From an uncultured Candidatus Saccharibacteria bacterium (GTDB lineage Bacteria > Patescibacteriota > Minisyncoccia > Phycocordibacterales > WO2-35-19), in NCBI GenBank assembly GCA_964630525.1, contig CAZVUY010000001.1, forward strand, positions 114,901-178,900: a DNA stretch of 64,000 bases, written 5' to 3'. Both the position numbers and the translations under genes were made by a program. How positions within the stretch are numbered: the stretch's first letter is position 1; every line of letters starts with the position of its first letter. Shown in pieces: positions 27,253 through 37,012 of the stretch. The notes beneath the pieces were generated by a model. It ran no database searches. It had not been told where the DNA came from and was given only the letters and a program-made list of their open reading frames with translations.

Positions 27253-28168
27253 AAGATTTTATTTTTCAGTTATTTTGTTCGTTGTCTTGCTGGGTTTTAT
27301 GGCTCCGGTTTTGACTGCAGTCGCCCAAACAGCAGCGGATCGTGAATATACCGTACTAGCCCCACTGCCTGGCACCACTCTTGAAAATTGCGTATCTGGT
27401 CCAGAATGTAAAACAACCTTAGCAAAGTACCTACCCAGCCTCTTCAAATTATTGGTTGGTTTGGCAGCAGCAGGAGCGGTTTTGCGGATCGTTTTCGGTG
27501 GTTTCCTTTACATATCTTCAGATGCTCTCCAAGGCAAAGAAGATGGCCGGACCATGATCTGGAATTCGGTCAAAGGCTTGGTCTTGATAATCGGCGCCTG
27601 GCTCATTCTCTACACTATCAACCCCGGACTGCTTGAACTGCGACTCAACATAGAAACAGTCGAAATCAGCGGTCCACCCTCAAGTGCTAATGGTGGGGTA
27701 TTGTCTGGTGGTGGCACTCCAGGTAGAGCGATGACTCAAGCAGAAATAGATGAGAGCAATGCAATAAGAGAGGCTTTAGAAAAAGTGGGAGTTTACACCT
27801 ACACCGGCCCTTGCACCAAGGGACAGACCAGAGGTTGCGTAAATTTAAACGGATTAACCCAGACAACTCAAAGTGGGCTGGATGCATTAACTAAAATGTT
27901 AGCCGAAAATGGAGCGGCACGATTTATAACATTGACTGGAGGCACAGAAGGTGGGCATTCGAGTACTGGAGGGCACCCCGCTGGGGACTCTGTAGATATA
28001 GGAAGATCGGCTAACAGTGCTAGTTATACAGCGCTGAGTAATTTTATAATCTCCCGTGGTGGCACCCCAGTTCCAACTTCTTATGGGAACCTTTATACCA
28101 TCCAAATCAACGGCCGACCAGTAACATTTTTGGATGAAAATGATCATTGGCACGTAACTTTCAAATAA
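27245..28168 (+). CDS. Secreted protein with TrbC/VirB2-pilin-like hydrophobic hairpin plus Gly/Thr-rich C-terminal domain
   Basis: A signal peptide is followed by LPSLFKLLVGLAAAGAVLRIVFGGFLYISSD...GLVLIIGAWLILYTI, two hydrophobic helices separated by a short polar loop as in TrbC/VirB2. Confidence 0.45.
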   Translation: MIKRFYFSVILFVVLLGFMAPVLTAVAQTAADREYTVLAPLPGTTLENCVSGPECKTTLAKYLPSLFKLLVGLAAAGAVLRIVFGGFLYISSDALQGKEDGRTMIWNSVKGLVLIIGAWLILYTINPGLLELRLNIETVEISGPPSSANGGVLSGGGTPGRAMTQAEIDESNAIREALEKVGVYTYTGPCTKGQTRGCVNLNGLTQTTQSGLDALTKMLAENGAARFITLTGGTEGGHSSTGGHPAGDSVDIGRSANSASYTALSNFIISRGGTPVPTSYGNLYTIQINGRPVTFLDENDHWHVTFK

Positions 28169-28169
28169 A

Positions 28170-29408
28170 ATGTCAAAGAAAATATTATTGATTGTTGGAA
28201 TAATCTTGATCCTCGCCGTAGCCGCCTTCTTTATTTTCCGAGGCCAACCTCAAAACGGGGAAGAGGGTTTCGGTTTTTCTTTTGGTGACTTTTTACCCTT
28301 TGGTAGTAGCGGGAATATCGGCAGTGAGGCTGTTGTTGATACCACACCCAAAAAAGAAGAGAAGCCAAACCAGGCCGTTTCTGGTGTGGTGCCGAAACTC
28401 CGAAAAATATCGAGTGGACCAGTGGCTGGAGCAGCGATTTTCAACATTGGTAGCACCACCTACGTCAGGTTTGTCGAGAAGGGTACTGGCAATGTTTATG
28501 AAGCGAGATCTGATTCTTCGGAGGTAAAAAGGTTGACCAACACCACCATCCCTAAAATAATTCGTGCTTTTTGGTTGGGAGACGGCTCCGGTTTCCTAGC
28601 TCAAACACTGGTACCTGATACCGAGATAATCGAAACCACTTTTGTAAAACTTGGCAAAAATACAGCGACCAGCTCGACCGAAAGCCTGACCCCATTTACT
28701 ACCACTTTAAGCAAATTGCCGACCGGTATAGCTGAGCTCAGTATTAGGCCTGATGGAACAAAAATATTCTATTACACTCTCTCTCAAAATGGTTCCAATT
28801 GGTACACCAGCAATCCAGATGGTACTGGTGCCACTCTAGTCAATAACCATCCGCTCTCTGAATGGTTGCCGGCTTGGGTTTCTAACAATCTGATCACTAT
28901 GCAAACAAAAGGAAGTGTCGGAGTCACTGGCCACCTCTATCATTTTGATCCAACTACCAAAGGACTTAGAAAAGTGGGGGTACAAACTTTTGGCTTATCC
29001 ACCAAATCAAAAGATGGGAACATCACTCTTTTCTCAAAAGGTGGCAGTATCCCTCGTTTATTCGTCTTTAATAGCAAAGAAAACAATACTACTGATAGCA
29101 CCAGGGACACTCTGGCCGAAAAGTGTGTTTGGTCTGCCAAGGACAGTCTTTCGGTCTATTGTGGAGTGCCTGACAGCTTTGGTCCTGGCCTTTATCCAGA
29201 CAGTTGGTACAAGGGACTCACTAATACCGAGGATTCGATTCGCAAAATAGACCTGAATAACCTGGTTGACTACACCGTTTCCTATCTTTCTGACGAATCA
29301 GGCGAAAAAATAGACGTGGTAGACCCAAGGATCTCAAAAGATGAGTCTCATCTTGTGTTTAACAACAAAATCGATGGTTATTTGTGGGTTTTGAGAATAG
29401 GGGAATAG
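28170..29408 (+). CDS. Secreted/anchored protein, beta-rich
   Basis: It has the N-terminal TM segment ILLIVGIILILAVAAFFIF. Confidence 0.5.
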   Translation: MSKKILLIVGIILILAVAAFFIFRGQPQNGEEGFGFSFGDFLPFGSSGNIGSEAVVDTTPKKEEKPNQAVSGVVPKLRKISSGPVAGAAIFNIGSTTYVRFVEKGTGNVYEARSDSSEVKRLTNTTIPKIIRAFWLGDGSGFLAQTLVPDTEIIETTFVKLGKNTATSSTESLTPFTTTLSKLPTGIAELSIRPDGTKIFYYTLSQNGSNWYTSNPDGTGATLVNNHPLSEWLPAWVSNNLITMQTKGSVGVTGHLYHFDPTTKGLRKVGVQTFGLSTKSKDGNITLFSKGGSIPRLFVFNSKENNTTDSTRDTLAEKCVWSAKDSLSVYCGVPDSFGPGLYPDSWYKGLTNTEDSIRKIDLNNLVDYTVSYLSDESGEKIDVVDPRISKDESHLVFNNKIDGYLWVLRIGE

Positions 29409-29461
29409 TGTTGTATTATTTATATAGTGATTGTGTCTTTTATAAGAGTCATCATTAAAAA

Positions 29462-30538
29462 ATGAAAAAAAATATTATTGGCGGACTTATCGGACTGGCT
29501 TTATTGCTCCCAGGTGTGGCCTCTGCGACAGTAAATGAGCTTGAGGAATTGCGCGCTCGGATCAACAGTTTGCTTGCTATAGTGGCCCAACTTCAATCCC
29601 AGCTTGCGTCCCAAACAGGGGCATCCGAAGGGGCTTTTTGTTTTACTTTTAATACAGATCTAAAAATAGGGGATAGGGGTAGTGGGACAGGATACCTACA
29701 CAAAGCTCTTGAAAGAGAAGGGTTTTCTATACCAGACAGCGAGAAGCCACAAAAGGATGGGGAGACTATTAACGATAGCTTTTTTGGTGAAGCGACCGCT
29801 TCAAGAGTGAGTGCTTTTCAAGAAAAATATAGAAGTGAAATTTTGACTCCGGCTGGTCTTTCCAACGGTACTGGCTATCTCGGCGCTAGGACCAGAGCAA
29901 AATTAAATCAACTTTATGGGTGCAACCAAACACCTTGCACAGACGTAACCGGATCAAGGTGTGCTTACATAGAAAACCCAAATTGGTATCCAAAACCCAT
30001 AGCCATGTGCGACTATCCTGCTCCTCCGGAAAATTGCAAATACGTAGATGGGCCAAATTTTAATCCGACCACTCAGTGTGGCAAAATACTGAGCTGTTCT
30101 ACCACCATAAACCCAATCGCTTGCACCCTGGAGGCCAAACTTTGTTCTGACGGTAAAACTTATGTTGGCCGCACCGGCCCAAAATGTGAGTTTTCTGCTT
30201 GTCCTAATACAACAAATACACTTAAAATTGTTTCCCCAAACGGAGGGGAAAGATGGGAAACAGGTAACATCTACACCATTTCATGGGCAGGAACTAGTGC
30301 CAGCCCCGATTATTATGTTGGTAGAGTAGCACTTTACAAAGGCAATGATTTTGTGATCGACTTAGTGCCTTTTATGAAGCGCTCACTCCTAAATGGGTTT
30401 GTTCAGTATAAAGTACCGGCAACCAATGTACTGGGTCATGATTTTAGAGTTCAAGCTATTCTTTACAAAGGCGATTCAGAAATAATTCAGGATTGGAGCG
30501 ATGGTTATTTTAGTATAATCTCCCCAACAACAGACTAG
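29462..30538 (+). CDS. Secreted protein with peptidoglycan-binding-like domain and Cys-rich C-terminal region
   Basis: A signal peptide is followed by GDRGSGTGYLHKALEREGF...ASRVSAFQEKY, a PG_binding_1-like region, then about 14 Cys. Confidence 0.55.
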   Translation: MKKNIIGGLIGLALLLPGVASATVNELEELRARINSLLAIVAQLQSQLASQTGASEGAFCFTFNTDLKIGDRGSGTGYLHKALEREGFSIPDSEKPQKDGETINDSFFGEATASRVSAFQEKYRSEILTPAGLSNGTGYLGARTRAKLNQLYGCNQTPCTDVTGSRCAYIENPNWYPKPIAMCDYPAPPENCKYVDGPNFNPTTQCGKILSCSTTINPIACTLEAKLCSDGKTYVGRTGPKCEFSACPNTTNTLKIVSPNGGERWETGNIYTISWAGTSASPDYYVGRVALYKGNDFVIDLVPFMKRSLLNGFVQYKVPATNVLGHDFRVQAILYKGDSEIIQDWSDGYFSIISPTTD

Positions 30539-31251
30539 ATTGTTTGCTTGGTTAAACTTTTCTTTATATACAAATCTTGGGCAATACCTACCAAGTTGCT
30601 GACAAACCAATAAAGAGATACCACGGCGGATATTTTCCAAGAAACCAGAAAAACCACGACTGGCATGGTGTATTTCATTTGTTTGGCCATCATTTTAGCA
30701 AAATCTTCAGTGTTTCCAGGTTTGTTATTTGTTGGTGTGTTTGGAGAAGAGAGGTGCATTTGCCAAAAAGTACTGATCGCGGCAAATAGAGCCAAAATAA
30801 TACTTTTCTGGGACACATCGATAAAACCAAAAAGAGTCATCGAAACTGAGGCTGGCGCCTTGATAAACGAGTAGAGCAGGTTGGTGTCGATCACGGGCAG
30901 CCCGGACCTGAAAAATACGTAATAAAGCGAAAAGACGATCGGTATCTGGAGCAGGATAGTAAAAATACTTGAGAAAGGATTGATATTGTTTGTTTTGTAA
31001 AACTCCATCACTTTTAGGGCCTGCTCTTCACGGCTTTTGTATTTCTCCTTGATTGCCAAAAGCTCGCCTTCCTTTTCCTTCATTTTAAGTTGAGTAATGG
31101 TTGCTTTTTTAGAGAGGGGGTAGAGGAGTAGCTTCACCAAAACCGTGAGGATTATCGCCGCGAGCCCTACATCGACCCATTCTACATTCAAGATAAGGAT
31201 CAATATGTTGTATAAAGGGGTATAGATAATTGTTTTGAAAAAATTTATCAT
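30535..31251 (-). CDS. yidC: Membrane protein insertase YidC (short form)
   Basis: It carries ...LLYPLSKKATITQLKMKE...FYKTNNINPFSSIFTILLQIPIVFSLY.... The conserved rpmH-rnpA-yidC order supports the call. Confidence 0.85.
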   Translation of the reverse strand: MINFFKTIIYTPLYNILILILNVEWVDVGLAAIILTVLVKLLLYPLSKKATITQLKMKEKEGELLAIKEKYKSREEQALKVMEFYKTNNINPFSSIFTILLQIPIVFSLYYVFFRSGLPVIDTNLLYSFIKAPASVSMTLFGFIDVSQKSIILALFAAISTFWQMHLSSPNTPTNNKPGNTEDFAKMMAKQMKYTMPVVVFLVSWKISAVVSLYWFVSNLVGIAQDLYIKKSLTKQTI

Positions 31252-31263
31252 CTTATTTAAAAA

Positions 31264-31593
31264 TTACATTAGATTTGCTCTTTTAAAGACTTCTTTGAAA
31301 GCCACTTCGATTGAAATTTTGTCTGTCGGTATTTTTTTAAAAGAAAGGAGGGCTATTATATCTTTTTTGATATTTGGAATGTTTTTGGCAATAAGAGCAT
31401 ACCCCGATCTCCTTAGTTTGTTCCTTGTAACTGCTTTTTTGGCCACCTTCTTAGACACCGACACCCCAAAACGACTGCCTAGGTGTTGATTTCGATTAAA
31501 CCTTAACAAAAACAAGTCGTTTCCGAAAAACTTAGCCTGCTTCAAAAGAAGACTAAACATTTTCCTTGGGATTCGACTTTTTTTAGGCAACAT
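31264..31593 (-). CDS. rnpA: RNase P protein component
   Basis: It is a basic 109-aa protein with ...VSVSKKVAKKAVTRNKLRR... and sits downstream of rpmH. Confidence 0.85.
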   Translation of the reverse strand: MLPKKSRIPRKMFSLLLKQAKFFGNDLFLLRFNRNQHLGSRFGVSVSKKVAKKAVTRNKLRRSGYALIAKNIPNIKKDIIALLSFKKIPTDKISIEVAFKEVFKRANLM

Positions 31594-31606
31594 CTTGATC
31601 CGCTCC

Positions 31607-31741
31607 TTAAGGGGTCAGCTTTTTGCGCCCCTTGCGACGCCTACCTCTCAAAACTTTTGACCCAGAAGTTGTCTTGCTGCGCTTCAAAAATCCATGAGTT
31701 TTTGATCTTTTTCTTTTTTTGGGCTGGTATGTGATTGACAT
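31607..31741 (-). CDS. rpmH: 50S ribosomal protein L34
   Basis: The 44-aa [47 protein letters not shown] is not in the track because it is under 60 aa. I translated it by hand. Confidence 0.85.
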   Translation of the reverse strand: MSITYQPKKRKRSKTHGFLKRSKTTSGSKVLRGRRRKGRKKLTP

Positions 31742-31909
31742 ATTAATACTTTATTCTTCCTTTTTAAGAAAATAGGGTTATAAACACATTATAAACACAT
31801 TTGGTTACAAACACAAGTTCCCGAAATTATTTTTAAATATATAATAGGCTCATAAAAATGGTTAGGTTTGAGTTTAAACGATAAGCATTACGATTAATTT
31901 CTAAAATAA
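31742..31909. promoter_or_regulatory. AT-rich spacer upstream of dnaA with tandem 11-mers TTATAAACACA x2 and TTACAAACACA (candidate oriC/DnaA-box-like part)
   Basis: The repeats are seen at about 31777-31814. The region is divergent between rpmH and dnaA. Confidence 0.4.
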
Positions 31910-33253
31910 ATGGATATCCATGAACTTTGGAAAGATGTCTTACCTAAAATAGAAGCTTCTGTTTCAAAAGCTAACTTCTCCACTTGGTTTAAAGATACTA
32001 AGGTAGCCGGTTTTGAGGGTGGCATAATATACCTAAGTGTCCCAAACACCTTTGTTCAAGAATGGCTATTAAAGAAATTTCATCAGCTTATTTTGCGATT
32101 CCTTAGGGAGTCCTCTGAATCAATCCATGCATTAGAATACGTAATCAAAGAAGAGGTTGAAACAAAAAACCAATACATCCCAACCAAAAACACTTCGGCT
32201 ACCAAGGAGTTGCCACTCTCTGAACATTATGTGAATAAGGACGATAATCTAAACCCACGCTATACTTTTGAATCTTTCGTAGTTGGTCCATTTAATGAGC
32301 TGGCTCACTCTGCTGCCCAAGCGGTCATTCGCAACCCAGGCATCGCCTATAACCCACTGTTTATCTACGGTAATACGGGGCACGGAAAGACCCATTTGAT
32401 CCAAGCAATCGGTAATGCCATAAAAGCTGTCGACGCATCCAAAAAAGTTTACTATTTCAACTCGGAAAAGTTCATCAACGATTATGTAAACTCTGTTCAA
32501 TCAAACAAGGTTAGCCAATTCAAAGAAAAATATCGAAAATACGATATGTTAATAATGGACGATGTCCAGTTCCTTTCTGGTAAAGAAAAAACCCAGGAGG
32601 AGCTTTTCCATCTATTTAACATCATGAAAGAGAGTAACAAACATATTGTCTTCTCTTGCGATAAGCACCCCAATTTCGTCACCGGCCTAGAAGATAGATT
32701 AAAATCCAGATTCTCAGCTGGTATGGTTATCGATATTCCAGCCCCAGATCACGAATCAAGAGTGGCGATTATAAAATCAAAATGTGCCAGCATCAACCTC
32801 TTTATAGAAGATGATGTTATAAATTATTTGGCTGATGCCATAAAGGGTAACATTCGAGATCTAGAAGGGGCGATCAATTTGATTGTTTGCCAGTCAGAAA
32901 CAAAAAACAAAGTTCTTAACTTAAACGAAATTAAAGATTTAGTTAAAAACAGTATAAAACAAAAGAAATTATTGTCTTACAAAGAAGTTGTGAAGATAAT
33001 ATCTGATTTTTATAAAATAGAAGAAGGTTCAATATACGAAAAAACCAGAAGAAAGGAAATAATAAAACCGAGACAAATTATTATGTATATTCTCCGAGAA
33101 GATTTCAGTATCTCTTACCCTTCGATAGGAGAAAAACTTGGTGGTAGAGACCACACTACAGTTATCCACTCTTGTGAAAAGATAAAAAAAGAAATAAAGG
33201 TCGATTCTTTATTATTAAAAGAAATTCAGGAAATCCGATCAATGATTGGATGA
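31910..33253 (+). CDS. dnaA: Chromosomal replication initiator DnaA
   Basis: It has the Walker A GNTGHGKTHL, the sensor motifs and the C-terminal DNA-binding domain ...GGRDHTTVIHSCEKI. Confidence 0.95.
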   Translation: MDIHELWKDVLPKIEASVSKANFSTWFKDTKVAGFEGGIIYLSVPNTFVQEWLLKKFHQLILRFLRESSESIHALEYVIKEEVETKNQYIPTKNTSATKELPLSEHYVNKDDNLNPRYTFESFVVGPFNELAHSAAQAVIRNPGIAYNPLFIYGNTGHGKTHLIQAIGNAIKAVDASKKVYYFNSEKFINDYVNSVQSNKVSQFKEKYRKYDMLIMDDVQFLSGKEKTQEELFHLFNIMKESNKHIVFSCDKHPNFVTGLEDRLKSRFSAGMVIDIPAPDHESRVAIIKSKCASINLFIEDDVINYLADAIKGNIRDLEGAINLIVCQSETKNKVLNLNEIKDLVKNSIKQKKLLSYKEVVKIISDFYKIEEGSIYEKTRRKEIIKPRQIIMYILREDFSISYPSIGEKLGGRDHTTVIHSCEKIKKEIKVDSLLLKEIQEIRSMIG

Positions 33254-33463
33254 TAATTTGTTATTTAACTGTTAATAACTTGTTCCCAAACCAAGTTGAT
33301 TTAGTGGATAAGTTTAGAGTGGTCGTAGGGTTGTTGATTTGATCAATAGACTATGCACAATTGATTATAGGAAAATTATCAACAAAACATTGATTAATAA
33401 ATACTTTATTGAGATATCCACAAATCCACAGTAATAATAAGAGTTTGTTTCTTTAAATAAAAA
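33254..33463. promoter_or_regulatory. dnaA-dnaN intergenic region with DnaA-box-like 9-mers (candidate oriC)
   Basis: GTGGATAAG, TTATCAACA, ATATCCACA and AATCCACAG all lie within an AT-rich spacer. Confidence 0.55.
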
Positions 33464-34573
33464 ATGAAATTTAAATCAGAAAAAATAAAAGTTGAAAATG
33501 TTTTTCAGAAGGCCGTCCGATTTTCAGGAAAACACCTAACTCTACCAGTATTGGCGTGTGTTTATTTGGAAACCATTGGCAATAACAAGGTTTTAGTCAA
33601 GGCAACTAATCTTGATGTTGGTATTGAGATTGAATTCAAATCAGAAGTCTTGGAGCCTGGATCGATGGCGGTACCAGCAAATATTATTCTAAATACAATC
33701 TCTTCAATGAGAGAAGGGGAGATCTCTTTTGAAACAATAGACAACAACCTGAAGATTTCTTCTGGTAAGAATTCTGTATTGATAAAATCAATGTCTCACG
33801 AAGATTTCCCGGTTATTCCAAGATTAAATCCGGATAATAATTCAAAATTTGTAAAAATCAGCAGTCATGATCTGGTTCTTGGTTTCAAGTCTGTTTGGTA
33901 TAGCGCCTCAAATTCAAATATCAAACCAGAATTAGGAAGTGTTTTTGTTTATCATAATGACAATAATCTAGTTTTTGTTTCCACTGATTCTTTTAGGTTG
34001 GCTGAGAAAAAAATAACAACAAAATCTGATTTGGAATTTCCACCAGTTTTGATTCCCTATAAAAACGCGGTTGAAATAATAAAACTTTTTGAGGATTATA
34101 AAGGGGATATAGAGATCATTTTTGAGAAAAACCAAGCGGCCTTTATGGTAGATGGGTTATACCTCATCTCTCGTTTGGTAGACGGCTCATTTCCTGATTA
34201 TAAACAAATAATACCAAAATCATTTGTCGCCAAAGCAACTGTTTTAAAAAACGATCTTCTAAACTCCATCAAAGTTTCAAATATTTTTTCTGACAACCTT
34301 AATCAGGTAAAATTAAAAATAAATATTAAAGATAAAATTATTAACCTCGAATCAAAAAATAATGATGTTGGGGAATATAAAGAGTCAATCAAAGCAACTC
34401 TTTCTGGTGATGATTTGGAGTTAAATTTCAACAACAAATATCTGACGGACTGTTTTCAATCTATACCAAGTGAGAGTGTTGATCTGGATTTTGGTGGTTT
34501 GGGTAAGCCGCTTATAATCACAGGACACAATGATAAAAGTTTTATGTATTTAGTGATGTCTATGAATAGATAA
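33464..34573 (+). CDS. dnaN: DNA polymerase III beta sliding clamp
   Basis: It is 369 aa and sits directly downstream of dnaA. Confidence 0.9.
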   Translation: MKFKSEKIKVENVFQKAVRFSGKHLTLPVLACVYLETIGNNKVLVKATNLDVGIEIEFKSEVLEPGSMAVPANIILNTISSMREGEISFETIDNNLKISSGKNSVLIKSMSHEDFPVIPRLNPDNNSKFVKISSHDLVLGFKSVWYSASNSNIKPELGSVFVYHNDNNLVFVSTDSFRLAEKKITTKSDLEFPPVLIPYKNAVEIIKLFEDYKGDIEIIFEKNQAAFMVDGLYLISRLVDGSFPDYKQIIPKSFVAKATVLKNDLLNSIKVSNIFSDNLNQVKLKINIKDKIINLESKNNDVGEYKESIKATLSGDDLELNFNNKYLTDCFQSIPSESVDLDFGGLGKPLIITGHNDKSFMYLVMSMNR

Positions 34574-34814
34574 AATGATCAATATCTCCGGTTTTTTAAA
34601 TAAATTCTTAAAGCTAGACAAGGACAATGAATCCAAAAAGAGTGTTGCTATCAGCATCATTAAGTCTTTTGTTGGTGTAGATCTGCCGGTAGATAGGTTG
34701 GAGATAAAAGGGGATAAACTTTTTATCAAATGTAACCCGAGTATTAGGAACGAGATTTTTATGCACCAAGAATCAATCAAGAACAGTCTTGTTTCCCAGA
34801 ATATATTTTTAGAT

Positions 34815-36968
34815 TTAATTTAGAATAACCGGCTTGTCTTCGTGTAGGTTGTTTTGTTGAGCCCAGATTCTGACACCGTACTCCCAACGTTCATATTGAG
34901 AGTCGTCACTAGGGTTTTCTGGGACCGACCCCCTCGGGTCGTCTTTGTTTACCCAGTTTAAGATTGTGTGGATACCGCCCACAACCATTTTCTCATTCCT
35001 GGTTGAGGTGGCGTATTCTCCACCTTGCCAAATACCTCTCAAAACTGGTTTTAACGATTCAACATCTTCTATTAATGGAGCCTCAAATTGACTGTCTGGT
35101 ATTTTGGCTAAAGCTTGGTCCATAAAAGCCCGCCACATTGGGGCAACGATAAAACCAGCCACCTTCTTTTCCATAGGAGTGTTGTCGTTGTTGCCGGCCC
35201 AGGCCCCAACAGCGATGTCGGGTGTATAACCCATAATCCAAGCGTCTTTGTAGTCGTTGGTGGTACCGGTTTTTACTGCTACGTCTCTATTGGCGAAATA
35301 AAGAACAGAGGTTTGGCCAAAAGCTGGTGCCCTCGCTACATTATCGGAGAGAATATCTGATATTTTTAAAGCGACTTCTTTTGGTAAAACCTGATTTTCA
35401 ATTGGATTTATCTTTTCCAAAACTTCGCCACTCTTATTTTTTATTTCAATGATTGGGGTTAAGTTTACTTTTGCTCCGTTGTTAGCAAAAACACCATAAG
35501 CACCAGTGAGCTCTAGGGGAGTAACTTCGCCACCTCCAAGAACCAAGGTCAGCCCATAGTCACCCTTGTTGCTCAGCGACTCTATGCCCATGTCTCTAGC
35601 TAGTCTGATAGACTCGTTTAAACCAGCCAAATATAAAACCTTAACAGAGGGAATGTTTAAAGATTGGGCCAAGGCGTTTCTTAAGGTTATTGGCCCCCTG
35701 AAAAGGTTGTCGTAATTTTCTGGCGAGTAGCAGCCGTTTCCGGTGGTGAGGTTGTTGGCGGCGCACGACGTAGAAAACTGGGTTTTAAGATCGAACACCA
35801 CTGTTTCCGGGGTGTAGCCCTTAATGAAGGCTTGAGAATAAACAAATGGTTTGAAAGTTGAACCAGGCTGTCTTTTGGCGGTAGTAACATTGAACGCCCC
35901 GTCTATTTCTTGGTCAAAATAATTTCTGGAACCAACCATTGTTAAGATCCCTCCCGTTTTCGGATCGGTGGCCACAATGGCACCATTTTCTGCGTTAAAA
36001 TTTTTTTTATTTTGGAGAGCGTAGTCGTGAGCGATCTTTTCGGCAATTGATTGGAGATCATAATCGAGGGTGGTTGTTACTCTCAGGCCACCAGTATTTA
36101 CAATATCTTCGCCGTATTTATTTTTGATGTACTCTAAAACATAGAAGACAAAGTGGGGCGCCTTAACACTCTGGTCTCCCTTTTCCAAAAAAGAAACTTT
36201 CTCTTGTTTTGCCGCCTCATATTCTTCCTCGGTTATAAAATTGTTACTTAACATTTCTCGTAAAACCAAGTTCTTTCTCTCCTCAAGCTTATCTTTATTT
36301 TTACCATAAGGAGAATAAAAAGAGGGGGCTTTTGGTAGGGCCGCCAAATAGGCAGCTTCAGCCAAAGTAACTTCCCCAGATTTTTTACCAAAAAAAGCCT
36401 CGCTTGCCTCTTCTACTCCATAAATCACACCCCCGTAAGGTATCTCATTTAGGTACATGGAAAGAATCTCTTCTTTTGAGGCCATCTGCTCTAGCTTTAT
36501 AGCCAGCACCCATTCTTTCATTTTGCGGGAGATCAACTTCTCATTAGTTAGAATAGAATTTTTTACTACCTGTTGGGTGATGGTTGATCCGCCCTGGCTA
36601 AAATCTAAAGAAAGCAGATTTACCAAGATTGCTCTCAAAAAAGCAGTTGGTCTAACTCCGATGTGGTTGTAAAACTCAGTATCTTCAATGGCGATGGTAG
36701 CGTTTTTTATGTGTCTAGAGATTTCTTCGATTGGCACAATACTTCTCCTTACGTTACCACCGGTATCATAAAGCAAAACTTTACCAGTTTTGTCGTATAT
36801 TTTGGTTGACTCAGTAACCCTTCTTTCCCTAATTGACTCAGAGGTTGGCACCTTAAAAGTGCTAATCCAAATCAAAACAAAGGCGCTAACGATAAGACCT
36901 ATAGAAATACCAAGTATTAGTAGGGTTTTTAAGAGGTGGCCGTGTGTTTTTAAAGATATTTTAACCAT
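34815..36968 (-). CDS. Class A penicillin-binding protein (transglycosylase + transpeptidase)
   Basis: It has the GT51 motifs EDTEFYNHIGV and GGSTITQQVVKN, and the TP motifs STFKPF and KTGTT. Confidence 0.9.
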   Translation of the reverse strand: MVKISLKTHGHLLKTLLILGISIGLIVSAFVLIWISTFKVPTSESIRERRVTESTKIYDKTGKVLLYDTGGNVRRSIVPIEEISRHIKNATIAIEDTEFYNHIGVRPTAFLRAILVNLLSLDFSQGGSTITQQVVKNSILTNEKLISRKMKEWVLAIKLEQMASKEEILSMYLNEIPYGGVIYGVEEASEAFFGKKSGEVTLAEAAYLAALPKAPSFYSPYGKNKDKLEERKNLVLREMLSNNFITEEEYEAAKQEKVSFLEKGDQSVKAPHFVFYVLEYIKNKYGEDIVNTGGLRVTTTLDYDLQSIAEKIAHDYALQNKKNFNAENGAIVATDPKTGGILTMVGSRNYFDQEIDGAFNVTTAKRQPGSTFKPFVYSQAFIKGYTPETVVFDLKTQFSTSCAANNLTTGNGCYSPENYDNLFRGPITLRNALAQSLNIPSVKVLYLAGLNESIRLARDMGIESLSNKGDYGLTLVLGGGEVTPLELTGAYGVFANNGAKVNLTPIIEIKNKSGEVLEKINPIENQVLPKEVALKISDILSDNVARAPAFGQTSVLYFANRDVAVKTGTTNDYKDAWIMGYTPDIAVGAWAGNNDNTPMEKKVAGFIVAPMWRAFMDQALAKIPDSQFEAPLIEDVESLKPVLRGIWQGGEYATSTRNEKMVVGGIHTILNWVNKDDPRGSVPENPSDDSQYERWEYGVRIWAQQNNLHEDKPVILN

Positions 36969-37012
36969 TCTAATATTATGCCAAAAATTTCAAATTATGG
37001 TAGCATTCTTCT

